From an uncultured Desulfurococcales archaeon (lineage in GTDB: Archaea > Thermoproteota > Thermoprotei_A > EX4484-217-1): 64,000 nucleotides of DNA. Positions 53,246 through 62,393 of this stretch are shown in pieces; position 1 is the first letter of the stretch, and every line of letters starts with the position of its first letter. The stretch is taken from assembly GCA_964564025.1 (NCBI GenBank), contig CAZLZO010000002.1, positions 15,936 through 79,935 on the forward strand. The letters are read 5' to 3'. Both the position numbers and the translations under genes were made by a program. Under the pieces are notes generated by a model. The model saw only the letters and a program-made list of their open reading frames with translations, had not been told where the DNA came from and did not search any database.

Positions 53246-54694
53246 ATGGATGAGTTTCTAATAATCGCTTATTCATTAGCTATATTGACTTATTACTTAG
53301 GCGTACTTATATACTTGTTACCTATACCTGTTTGGAGCGTTAAGAAGTGGGCGCCAGCTTTAATTTATGATTCGTTTGCAGTAACGATTTTGGTTTTATT
53401 GTTTACATCAATAATTGAAGCTACATCCTATTTTGGAGGTATTTTGGGGGTCAGTTGGGACTTCTACTTTAACTGGCTTGTTGAAAGAATAGCAGTTTTG
53501 GGTTCATTTATTTCATTACTAATAAGTGTTTCTTTAGCTATATCCCAAGCCGGAGGAAGAGCTTTAGTTACGTCTTTCTTAGGACCAATAACTAGTATAG
53601 CCACATATACGCTCATAGTCATGGAGTTCTTCTTCGTTTTAGGATTAGTGTTTAAAGAATATTTCGCAAAAATACTTGCCTTCGGAATTTTACTTTATGC
53701 AGTACCATTTAGATTAGCTAGAAGTGCAGGAGCATCATTAATAGCTCTGTCTATAGTTTTTACAATAGCTCTTCCGCTTCTCCCAACGTTTGTGAATGTT
53801 ATGAGCGTGAGCGAAAGTAACCCTCTTACAAACATGAATATAAGTGAGCCACTTAAGCCTAAAGAGGATCTTGGAGTATTTTTTGCTAAAGGAATAGTTA
53901 AAGATATTACAGGAGAGCCTATACCATATATCAAAACGGAATGGTTTCTTAAAGAAAATAGCATAGATCCCATAGCTACATATTATACTGACGAAAATGG
54001 CTTTTATAATGCCGGAAGACCCTTCGGAGGGTTGCCTGCAAAAGTAAATGGATTTTACGTTAAATTTAGCTATTTAGGTATTAGCATAAGCTCTATGAAT
54101 GTTTCAATAAACGAATTCTTCTACAACCCCTATTTGGATCCCAATGCAGACTATGTACATGACTTTACATTAAACAACGTTATTTACTTTGGCCGCACAG
54201 TTCTTTTAATACTACAGAGTGAAGTAAAGAATGCTGAAGTTAATAAACAAGGAAATACGTACGTTCTTAACATAGTTTTAAATGGACCACAAGAAGCCAT
54301 AATCGCCTATGTTCCTGAAGTCGCAAAAATAACAAAATTGAAGGTAAATTATAGCGAAATTGAATTTACTAATAAAAGTTATATTTGGAATAATGTAAAT
54401 GTTTCAACTATAAACTTTCACTTGCCCAAAGGATCTACGGTTATAGAAGTATCCTATGTTATAGTTGGTGAAGAAAACATCCAACTTGTAGATAAAGGGT
54501 ATTTTAGCGATATAGATAACACTTTAAACTCTAGCATTAATGTTCAAAATTTAGGTGAAGCCATAGGTAAAGTGTTCTTTCAATGGATAATATTGCCTGT
54601 AACTTACTTAACAATTCTTATTTCGATAACTTACTCTTTTGCATATACTCTTGGAGGTAGGAAATTACGCTTACCGATAAGAGATAGGGTGTAA
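53246..54694 (+). CDS. Polytopic membrane protein (CedA-like 6-7 TM core) with a sequon-rich extracellular domain of about 250 aa and a C-terminal TM anchor
   Basis: 6-7 TM helices in the first 210 aa. This is followed by a beta-rich domain with at least 6 N-x-S/T sequons (NMNIS, NVSIN, NYSEI, NKSYI, NVSTI, NSSIN) and a terminal TM helix. Confidence 0.5.
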   Translation: MDEFLIIAYSLAILTYYLGVLIYLLPIPVWSVKKWAPALIYDSFAVTILVLLFTSIIEATSYFGGILGVSWDFYFNWLVERIAVLGSFISLLISVSLAISQAGGRALVTSFLGPITSIATYTLIVMEFFFVLGLVFKEYFAKILAFGILLYAVPFRLARSAGASLIALSIVFTIALPLLPTFVNVMSVSESNPLTNMNISEPLKPKEDLGVFFAKGIVKDITGEPIPYIKTEWFLKENSIDPIATYYTDENGFYNAGRPFGGLPAKVNGFYVKFSYLGISISSMNVSINEFFYNPYLDPNADYVHDFTLNNVIYFGRTVLLILQSEVKNAEVNKQGNTYVLNIVLNGPQEAIIAYVPEVAKITKLKVNYSEIEFTNKSYIWNNVNVSTINFHLPKGSTVIEVSYVIVGEENIQLVDKGYFSDIDNTLNSSINVQNLGEAIGKVFFQWIILPVTYLTILISITYSFAYTLGGRKLRLPIRDRV

Positions 54695-54702
54695 GGTGGT
54701 TA

Positions 54703-54885
54703 ATGGTGAATCCTTTTAATTTTAAAACAATGCTAATATTATACCTAGTTAACGTACTTTACGTAACTTACATTATCGTAAAGAACAGTGCTAACCTAAA
54801 TACCGTGTTAACTGTTTTACTAGTAATACTTGTTGTTATTCCTATGATTGTACTCATCATATATCATAGAGACGTTTTAAAATAG
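54703..54885 (+). CDS. Tiny 2-TM membrane protein (CedA2-like position)
   Basis: 60 aa with two TM helices. The gaps to both neighbouring genes are 9-11 nt. Confidence 0.4.
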   Translation: MVNPFNFKTMLILYLVNVLYVTYIIVKNSANLNTVLTVLLVILVVIPMIVLIIYHRDVLK

Positions 54886-54895
54886 GTGGTAGGCT

Positions 54896-56737
54896 ATGGA
54901 CTATAATGAAAAAATACCAGTGCTTATAATTGTTATTGGAGCATTTGTTTTAGCTTACGTTTTCTTGAAGGATTTTGTTGCATTAGAGCATTACATAGCC
55001 TTATTCTTACTGCTCATTTTTGCTTATAATATACCGTTGGTTTTTCCAAAGCTTACATCGAAAATAATACCTCGTAAGCTAGAGTTTAGCGAAGCAAACA
55101 TGATGGTTAAAGGTAACATCTTAGTTGTGAAAAAAGATAAAACTGTAAGTGGCTTAGCGGTATATGTGGTTGATGATGTTCCTTATAGTTACAAAGATGT
55201 AACCTCAGATTTCCTTATACAACAAATCAGATCTTTTACAGGCTTTATAACAGCAACGGAAAGTGATGTTTCAATAGTTCTATTAAAGAAGAAAGCAAAT
55301 ACATCATCTTATGTTAAGAATATTGAGAGACAGCTCATAAATTACAAGATAATGGTGGCAACAGATCCTGCAAATCCTCAGATTTTAAAGAAACTTAGAA
55401 GATTAGAAAAAATATATGATAGGATAGTTAAAGGCGAAAAGCCCATTAGCATAAAGTACTATATAGTAGTTAAAGCACATGCTTCATCGGAAAGGGGATT
55501 GATAAAGGCTATTCAGGAAAGATCACGTACAGTAATAACGTCATTTAAAGCCTCAATGGGTTTTGATGTTAGAAAAGCAACTGAGGACGAGGTCTTAGAA
55601 GCAATAAGTCTAGGTATTCTTAAAGAAACTAAACATAAGATTACGTTGGAGTCCGACGTAGGCTTCATGATGCCCATAGGATATGTTAAAAGGCCTAAGG
55701 TTTCCGGTAAGGGTATTTATCTAGGTGAAGACATAGACTATGGTACACCAGTTTTTTACGATTTCGAAAAATACTTAACGAAACATATAGTGGTAATAGG
55801 GCCTACAGGTAGGGGTAAAACAACATTCCTTTACACAATAGCGAAAAGGGCCATAGATGAATATGAAATTCCAGTATGGATCTTTGACTTAAGAGGAGAG
55901 TTTATTGGCTTAAAGTCTACAAGTGCTTTTGAAATAATAGATCCTGAGAGAAACAACATTAACATATTATACACGTGGTTTACGAGTCCTAGAATAAGGG
56001 CAAAGCAAATAATTGAGCTTATTAAAAGCATAGCATCATTAACTTCCAAGGAGGAATACTTACTATATATGTCACTTATAAAAACGTACGAATCAACAAA
56101 CAATCCTAGCTTCGAATACTTAATGTCAACAATAGCTGAGATCTCTAAGAACTATGGTGATAAGGATGTTGAGTTTAGTTTACTAACAAAACTTGAGTCT
56201 TTAAAATCAAAGATATTCTTCAACGGTAACGTATATGCCCTTAACTTTAAGAGGCCTCTAATATTTCTTCTACATAGGTTGCCTGAGGAGTATCGTAAAT
56301 TATACACTTTAGCATTGCTTCAAATCTTAGCTAACTATATTTTAACGCTAACGCCAACAAATACTATACGTTGCTTAGTAATACTTGATGAAGCATGGCG
56401 CTTTATGGATACACGTTCTGGAGCAAAAATTATTAAGTCCTTAGTAAAGGAGGGACGAGGCTACGGACTTGCAGTGGCTTTAGCTTCCCAAGATATATCT
56501 GATTTTCCAAAGGAAATTTTAGATAATGCTGGAACAATAGCTGTTTTTGGGTCAAATAGTAAAGATTACATTGAAAGCGTAAGCAAGTTTATGAAACTAA
56601 ATGAGACAGAAAAGGAGAGAATGTCATGGTTAAGAACGGGAGAGGTCCTTATTCGAATAATTGGAGACCCCAGACCATTATGGGTTAAAATACGGCCCGA
56701 ACTCGTGGAGACTCAAGAGAAACAAATAAAAAAGTAA
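54896..56737 (+). CDS. Membrane-anchored HerA/VirB4-like ATPase (CedB-like DNA translocation ATPase)
   Basis: Two N-terminal TM helices, Walker A GPTGRGKTT, an IIDPE motif and Walker B VILDEAWRF. 613 aa. Final gene of the operon. Confidence 0.65.
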   Translation: MDYNEKIPVLIIVIGAFVLAYVFLKDFVALEHYIALFLLLIFAYNIPLVFPKLTSKIIPRKLEFSEANMMVKGNILVVKKDKTVSGLAVYVVDDVPYSYKDVTSDFLIQQIRSFTGFITATESDVSIVLLKKKANTSSYVKNIERQLINYKIMVATDPANPQILKKLRRLEKIYDRIVKGEKPISIKYYIVVKAHASSERGLIKAIQERSRTVITSFKASMGFDVRKATEDEVLEAISLGILKETKHKITLESDVGFMMPIGYVKRPKVSGKGIYLGEDIDYGTPVFYDFEKYLTKHIVVIGPTGRGKTTFLYTIAKRAIDEYEIPVWIFDLRGEFIGLKSTSAFEIIDPERNNINILYTWFTSPRIRAKQIIELIKSIASLTSKEEYLLYMSLIKTYESTNNPSFEYLMSTIAEISKNYGDKDVEFSLLTKLESLKSKIFFNGNVYALNFKRPLIFLLHRLPEEYRKLYTLALLQILANYILTLTPTNTIRCLVILDEAWRFMDTRSGAKIIKSLVKEGRGYGLAVALASQDISDFPKEILDNAGTIAVFGSNSKDYIESVSKFMKLNETEKERMSWLRTGEVLIRIIGDPRPLWVKIRPELVETQEKQIKK

Positions 56738-56754
56738 TGTTTTGTAAATAATAA

Positions 56755-56841
56755 TGGAACCCACGGCCCGTGTAACCTCAACCCGCGTCGCGGGTAGGGG
56801 TGAACACGGGAGACTCCACCCCTAGGCGTCATGGCCCCCCG
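56755..56841. ncRNA. GC-rich (about 68% GC) island of about 90 nt, a candidate structured RNA of unknown class
   Basis: Sharp GC spike in an AT-rich intergenic gap. Contains hairpin-capable segments (GGGGTG..CACCCC, CCCGCG-T-CGCGGG). The only overlapping ORF (56713..56946, minus) is probably spurious. Confidence 0.3.
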
Positions 56842-56871
56842 TATACTCTTCTTTTCTTTTTCATGTAGAGG

Positions 56872-57396
56872 ATGATGCTGTTGAACCTCATACCTATTCA
56901 TGGGGAATCGTATTTTATAGTTGAACGTAAAGGAACGTTCAATCAAATACTAAGGTTTCTTTATTACGATGAGAATGAATACTATTATCGCTTAATACAT
57001 AAGCCTGAAGAATACTATGTTGAAATAAGTAGGCTCCATAATGCTATGGAGGATTTTCTTTCAAAAGAAAAAATATTTGTAAACGGTGAAAGAGTTAAAC
57101 CTAGAGTTCTCATGGTCAATATAGACTTTGCTGGTTATAGAGATCACCCATATATACTTTACTTCATACGTTTCAAAGGTAATTTAAGGAAGGGAGAAAA
57201 TGTTTTCGAAGACTTTTATGAAGAGGAAATAGCGGAGTACGATTACGAAATATACTGGTTCTTCCCTGAAAAAGCAAAAGTAAAGGAGATATATATTTCA
57301 GGGGATTTTGACCTGGTAAAACCAAACATACTTTATATTTGGACGAGGAGAGGCGATAGAATAAGCGGATATGAAAAAATAGTTTTTGAAATTTAA
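56872..57396 (+). CDS. Hypothetical protein (Tyr/Glu-rich)
   Basis: 174-aa ORF with a 4-nt convergent overlap with priL. Confidence 0.4.
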   Translation: MMLLNLIPIHGESYFIVERKGTFNQILRFLYYDENEYYYRLIHKPEEYYVEISRLHNAMEDFLSKEKIFVNGERVKPRVLMVNIDFAGYRDHPYILYFIRFKGNLRKGENVFEDFYEEEIAEYDYEIYWFFPEKAKVKEIYISGDFDLVKPNILYIWTRRGDRISGYEKIVFEI

Positions 57397-58517
57397 TCTC
57401 TCCTTACCATTCTCCTTAAAACTTCTCTATAATAGTATACTAAAGGATTTTTTACTTTACATTCGGAAATACAAAGGCCGAGTGTTCTCATAGTATCGCA
57501 GTTATAAGGTTTATATTTCTTTCTTGACCCTCTAAGACCAGCTAGGTGCTCAACTTGGTATCTAGCAATTGCTTCGTTGAAGTCAGGTAATTTTCTAAAG
57601 ACATTAACTACTGAGTCTACATCTAAACCTATGTTAAGAAGAAAAGATGCTAAGGCAAATCTTGCGTGATGTGATAAATGCTTTCCTTCTATTGCTTCAT
57701 CATATAATGTTTTAATACATGGAGGAAACGCTTCTGGCTCAATTATCTCCAGAAATTTTAGTTCTTCAAACTTCTCTCGTAAACTAAATTTTAACGCTTC
57801 CTTTACGTGTTCTTCTCTAACAATGTAATATTCTTTGGAGACTGCTTTCACAAGCTTTTTGATTTTCTCAGGCAATACATCGATTTCAATGGGTTTTACC
57901 ATTTCAGCTATTTTTTGCGATATTATTTCCTCCAAAAACCTACTTACGCGTTGATGTGTGAGATATACGTAGCCTCCATTTACTATTTGATTTGAAAGCT
58001 TCCATGACGGATCAGTATGTAATCTTAAGGATTTTAAGTAATCATACACTGTTACTTTAAATGGAAGATAAGTGTAAATTGCTCTCCCCTTTCTAACATC
58101 ATGAAGTACTTTATAGGCTTTGTTAGATCCTAAATATTGTATGTTTAAACCTAAAATTTTACCTATGGCTTCTAAAATTTCTGGTTTTTCTCTATCTAAA
58201 TGTTTCTTTATTCTTTTAGCTTCAAAGACGCTGTAACGTGATGTAAGCCACTTATCGTTTATTCCTCCTAAAACTACGAGTGAAAGATAAAAAGACACTA
58301 TCTCTTCATCATCAGAAAGCCCTTTTGGTTCTGATATCTTCCCCTTTACTGCTCCGATTATTCTTTCAATTACTCGTTTCTCTACAGATGATGTCAAATG
58401 TATTTCAAAAATTTCCGAGAGGCTTAGGGAGTAACCATATTTTTCCTCAAAGTACTTTTGCGGAGATGCAAGAAATGGGTATTTTGAATAGTCAATAAAG
58501 ACTATTTTTGCCTTCAT
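57393..58517 (-). CDS. priL: DNA primase large (regulatory) subunit PriL
   Basis: C-terminal Fe-S domain with four spaced Cys (PPCIKTL...YNCDTMRTLGLCISEC) and HLSHHARFALASFLLNIG. 374 aa. Confidence 0.85.
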   Translation of the reverse strand: MKAKIVFIDYSKYPFLASPQKYFEEKYGYSLSLSEIFEIHLTSSVEKRVIERIIGAVKGKISEPKGLSDDEEIVSFYLSLVVLGGINDKWLTSRYSVFEAKRIKKHLDREKPEILEAIGKILGLNIQYLGSNKAYKVLHDVRKGRAIYTYLPFKVTVYDYLKSLRLHTDPSWKLSNQIVNGGYVYLTHQRVSRFLEEIISQKIAEMVKPIEIDVLPEKIKKLVKAVSKEYYIVREEHVKEALKFSLREKFEELKFLEIIEPEAFPPCIKTLYDEAIEGKHLSHHARFALASFLLNIGLDVDSVVNVFRKLPDFNEAIARYQVEHLAGLRGSRKKYKPYNCDTMRTLGLCISECKVKNPLVYYYREVLRRMVRRD

Positions 58518-58574
58518 AATGCATCTTCTGTGGTCTTAATTGGATACTAATGCTTTTACATATTTCTTTAAACG

Positions 58575-59132
58575 TTACTCTACCTTAATCTTGATTCCTT
58601 CTTCCTTTTTTCCTCTCCTCTCCTTTTCCAGCCTGACCTCTAAAACACCATTCTTATATGTAGCCTTGGCTGTTTCAGGTTTTACCTTGGCAGGGAGCTG
58701 TATTTCCTTATAATATTTTCTATCTCCACTTTGGGCTGATATTATTAATGTATTGTCTCTAATCCTTATATCAATATCTTCCTTATTAACTCCGGGTACT
58801 TCAGCTACAACAGTTACCGTATTTTCGTCTTCTAAAACATCTACGAGAGGCTCTCTTTCTTCAGCAATTTTAGGTCTACCTGCCTCTCTACGTATGTTAC
58901 CAAACTCTTTAATTATTGGTCTGCCATCGGGGCCGATGGTTATGCTGAAACCATAAACGTAAGGACCTATAATTCTTCCCTCACGAGTGGCTCTAGTCAT
59001 TTCTTCCTCTATACGCTCAAACCTTTTCATCCAATCTCTAAATTCTCTATCTATGTTTTCAAAAATGTCCTCAAAGAACTCATCAAATAAATCCCAAATG
59101 CTTTTTCTTCTCTTAACCATAAGTGGGATCAC
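58575..59132 (-). CDS. Small heat shock protein (Hsp20/alpha-crystallin family)
   Basis: Alpha-crystallin domain (VDVLEDENTVTVVAEVPGVNKEDIDIRIRDNTLIISA...LPAKV...AKATYKNGVLEVRL). 185 aa. Confidence 0.85.
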   Translation of the reverse strand: MIPLMVKRRKSIWDLFDEFFEDIFENIDREFRDWMKRFERIEEEMTRATREGRIIGPYVYGFSITIGPDGRPIIKEFGNIRREAGRPKIAEEREPLVDVLEDENTVTVVAEVPGVNKEDIDIRIRDNTLIISAQSGDRKYYKEIQLPAKVKPETAKATYKNGVLEVRLEKERRGKKEEGIKIKVE

Positions 59133-59248
59133 CTCTTACCTATTTGAAGGGTGTTCTCGCAACCAACTATGCTAGGGCTCGTATATTGCAATTTCGGTAA
59201 ACCTTATTTAATGTTAAAATTTTAAAGTTAAAGGAATAAGGGGGGTTA

Positions 59249-60970
59249 ATGAGCATGGGTAAATGGGTTGTATGTTCCGCATGGCCTTACGTTAACTCTG
59301 TACCTCACTTAGGAACACTTATAGGCTCCGTTCTTTCAGCAGATGTTTTCGCAAGATATCTTAGAATGAGGGGTGAAGACGTAGTTTTTGTTAGTGGAAG
59401 CGATGAGCATGGAACACCTATAGAAGTTGAGGCTAGAAAGAGAAATGTGGAACCAAAGAAGTTAACAGATCAAGTTCACGAGTATGTATCTAAACTATTC
59501 GAAGCTTTTGGAATAAGCTTTGATAACTACACGAGAACAGAGAATCTTACTCATATTAAGTTTGTTAGAGAATTTCTGCTTAAAGTCTACAATAATGGCT
59601 ACATATTTATTCAAGAAATACGAATGCCCTATTGCTCCAAAGATAAAATGTTTTTACCAGATAGATTTATTGAAGGAACATGTCCCCATTGTGGTTATGA
59701 AAAGGCACGTGGTGACCAATGCGATAAATGCGGAAGACTACTAGAGCCTTGGCAATTAATAAACCCTAGATGCGTATTTTGCGGTTCAAAACCCATATTT
59801 AAATTAACTAAGCACTGGTACTTTGACTTACCTAAACTAACAGATGCCCTTAATAAATTCATAAAGGAACATAAAAACTTCCCAGATAATGTAAAGAAGT
59901 TTTCTTTAAACTGGATTAAGGAGGGTTTAAAACCCAGAGCCATAACTAGAGATAACAAATGGGGAATACCTGCACCTTTCCCTGGAGCTGAGGATAAAAC
60001 TATTTACGTATGGTTTGACGCCCTTTTAGGATATATTTCAGCTACAATAGAATACGGTATAAGAAAAGGGGATGAGAAGCTCTGGGAAAAATATTGGAAA
60101 GACAGTAGGACAAAGACAGTATATTTCATAGGGAAAGACAATATCCCCTTCCATGCAATAATACTGCCCGCGTTAATACTTGCTTCCGGAGAAAAATTAG
60201 TTCTTCCTTGGCAAATAGCTGCCACAGAGTACTTAACGTTTGAAGGGGAGAAGTTCAGTAAAAGTAGGGGAATAGGGGTATGGATTGATGAAGCTCTAGA
60301 AATGCTAGATGCTGATTATTGGAGATTTGCGTTAATCTCTATGAGGCCTGAAGTAAAGGACACTAATTTCACATGGAAGGAATTCTATAGGATAATAAAT
60401 AGTGACCTAAATGACGACATAGGAAACTTTATTCATAGAACACTAAGCTTTATAAGTAAATATTTTGACCAAAAAGTCCCTGAGCCAGGGATTCTAAGCC
60501 AAGTTGATCACGAATTTAAAGAAAAGATCCTTCAAACACCGGAGGTTGTAAGTAAATTCTTTGAAGAAGTTAGACTTAAACAAGCTTTACACTATATCGT
60601 CGAGCTAGCTAGATCAGGTAATCAATACTTAAACAGAAAAGCTCCTTGGGATAAAGTTAAAAGGTCGGAAACATTAGAGAATGCCAAAACAACTCTATGG
60701 CTTTCAGCGAATGCCGTAGGATTTTTAGCATTAATGCTGGCCCCGTTTATTCCTAAATATGCTCAAAAAATATGGAGAACGCTAGGCATGGAAACTGATG
60801 TTACACATGAAAAATGGAGTTTAATGAGGGAATTATTTGTAAAGCCGGGACATAAAATAAGGAAACCTAAGCCTATATTCAAAAAATTACCACCTGATTT
60901 TCTCGAGAAAGCAGGAGAAATGTTGTCTAAAGCTCGCGCTACAGTGAAAAGACCTAGTGTATTAAAATAA
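59249..60970 (+). CDS. metG: Methionyl-tRNA synthetase
   Basis: HLGT (a HIGH variant) in [15 protein letters not shown], a Cys4 knuckle (CPHCG...CDKCG) and KFSKSRG (KMSKS). 573 aa. Confidence 0.9.
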   Translation: MSMGKWVVCSAWPYVNSVPHLGTLIGSVLSADVFARYLRMRGEDVVFVSGSDEHGTPIEVEARKRNVEPKKLTDQVHEYVSKLFEAFGISFDNYTRTENLTHIKFVREFLLKVYNNGYIFIQEIRMPYCSKDKMFLPDRFIEGTCPHCGYEKARGDQCDKCGRLLEPWQLINPRCVFCGSKPIFKLTKHWYFDLPKLTDALNKFIKEHKNFPDNVKKFSLNWIKEGLKPRAITRDNKWGIPAPFPGAEDKTIYVWFDALLGYISATIEYGIRKGDEKLWEKYWKDSRTKTVYFIGKDNIPFHAIILPALILASGEKLVLPWQIAATEYLTFEGEKFSKSRGIGVWIDEALEMLDADYWRFALISMRPEVKDTNFTWKEFYRIINSDLNDDIGNFIHRTLSFISKYFDQKVPEPGILSQVDHEFKEKILQTPEVVSKFFEEVRLKQALHYIVELARSGNQYLNRKAPWDKVKRSETLENAKTTLWLSANAVGFLALMLAPFIPKYAQKIWRTLGMETDVTHEKWSLMRELFVKPGHKIRKPKPIFKKLPPDFLEKAGEMLSKARATVKRPSVLK

Positions 60971-60974
60971 TTTT

Positions 60975-61361
60975 TCAATCCTCCTTCACTACAGTGTATT
61001 TTTCAAGTTCACTGTTCAAGAGTTCTTTAAGTCTTTCTAAATTCTTTTCATCAATTATTATGTCGTCATTCTCTATTTTGAACTTTATATCAAAGCTCTT
61101 TCGATGTATGTTTTTACCCAAATATTTCCACTTTATTTGAGATACTTTATCTTTCTTCCCCCTATACTTAATCCTCCACCAATATCTACTGATGTAAACA
61201 TATTTCTTAACAGTGTTTCCCTTTTTAACTATAACTATGTGAACCGGTTTCAAATAGAGTCTTTCTTCTCCTGGTACCTCATTTCTTCTCATAATTATTT
61301 TTGCTAACCTCTCTCTAATTTTAGGGAGTAGTTTTGCACCATGTATTATTTTTATCTTCAT
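60975..61361 (-). CDS. Hypothetical basic protein
   Basis: 128 aa, Lys/Arg-rich. Confidence 0.4.
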   Translation of the reverse strand: MKIKIIHGAKLLPKIRERLAKIIMRRNEVPGEERLYLKPVHIVIVKKGNTVKKYVYISRYWWRIKYRGKKDKVSQIKWKYLGKNIHRKSFDIKFKIENDDIIIDEKNLERLKELLNSELEKYTVVKED

Positions 61362-61382
61362 TTCCTATCTTAACCCTAGACT

Positions 61383-61442
61383 TTATCAGTGGCGACCGTT
61401 TTCATCACGAAAGCTCAGTGAGGGAAAGGATCATCACATCCT
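61383..61442 (-). ncRNA. C/D box sRNA (dual-guide 2'-O-methylation guide RNA)
   Basis: The minus strand reads aggatGTGATGAtcctttccctcaCTGAgctttcGTGATGAaaacggtcgccaCTGAtaa. That is C box (7), 12-nt guide, D' (4), 6-nt spacer, C' (7), 12-nt guide, D (4), all with canonical box sequences. Confidence 0.7.
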
Positions 61443-61543
61443 AATGTTACCTTTATTAGTAAGCCCACAGTATTTAATTAATAACAAAACTTGCAGAATA
61501 ATGTTTCTTATGTGCAAAAAGTTTCTAAAGTAGGTGGCATTCC

Positions 61544-62377
61544 TTGAAAAACAAGGTCTCCGCATCTATTCCTCAGACAAGTGAAGGTAAGCAATATCAT
61601 ATAGCATGTAAACCCGGAGACGTTGCTCCGTATGTTCTTCTTCCAGGAGATCCTAAAAGAGTACCCAAGATAGCGAGTTTTTGGGATAATTTTAGGAAAG
61701 TAGCTGAACATAGAGAGTATGTAACTTACACAGGCAAGTATAAAGGCGTGCCCATTTCAGCTACAAGCACAGGAATAGGAGGCCCAGCAGCTGCAATAGC
61801 AATTGAGGAACTTTTAAGGGTTGGTGCCCACACATTCATTAGAGTTGGCACAACAGGCGCTATTCGGAGAGAAGTTAATGTTGGAGATTTAGTTATTTCA
61901 TTAGGCGCCATAAGGTTTGATGGCGTAACTAAGCAGTATGTGTTTCCAGAATACCCGGCTATAGCAAGTTATGAAGTTGTCTTAGCTCTTATTGAGGCGG
62001 CAGAAAACCTTAACGTAAAATACCACGTTGGTATTACAGCATCTACAGACTCCTTTTACACGGGACAAGGTAGACCAGGTTTTAAAGGCTATATGTTGAG
62101 CTGGATGAAAAACATAATTCCCGATCTCCAAAAGATTGGAGTTATTAACTTCGAAATGGAAGCCTCAACAATTTTCACATTAGCTAACATTTACGGAGCT
62201 AGGGCGGGCTCAGTATGTGCTGCTATAGCAAACAGAGTTACTGATGAACTTTTACCAGAAGCCGGAGTTGAAGACGCCATACGTGTAGCTAATGAAGCAG
62301 TTAAAATACTCTATGAATGGGATGAAATTAAGCTGAAAAAAGGGAGGAAATACTTCTTCCCATCATTACTAATCTGA
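61544..62377 (+). CDS. PNP/UDP-family nucleoside phosphorylase (uridine/MTA/purine nucleoside phosphorylase-like)
   Basis: HIAC.PGDVAPYVLLPGDPKR...GVPISATSTGIGGPAAAIAIEEL..GA..FIRVGTTGA matches the PNP/UDP-1 family signatures. TTG start. Confidence 0.8.
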   Translation: MKNKVSASIPQTSEGKQYHIACKPGDVAPYVLLPGDPKRVPKIASFWDNFRKVAEHREYVTYTGKYKGVPISATSTGIGGPAAAIAIEELLRVGAHTFIRVGTTGAIRREVNVGDLVISLGAIRFDGVTKQYVFPEYPAIASYEVVLALIEAAENLNVKYHVGITASTDSFYTGQGRPGFKGYMLSWMKNIIPDLQKIGVINFEMEASTIFTLANIYGARAGSVCAAIANRVTDELLPEAGVEDAIRVANEAVKILYEWDEIKLKKGRKYFFPSLLI

Positions 62378-62393
62378 GGTGTGATAGTAGGTT

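Noticed and set aside
56738-56860. Tried to fold the GC-rich island into a tRNA (including a minus-strand candidate ending ...GGGTTCCA)
   Set aside because: No 7-bp acceptor stem pairs with either end, and I saw no T-loop (GTTCRAATC) or D-arm consensus. It is kept only as a generic structured-RNA candidate.
56713-56946. 77-aa minus-strand ORF
   Set aside because: It lies entirely over the GC-rich intergenic element. Its Arg/Pro/Gly-rich translation is a typical GC-artefact, with no start context.
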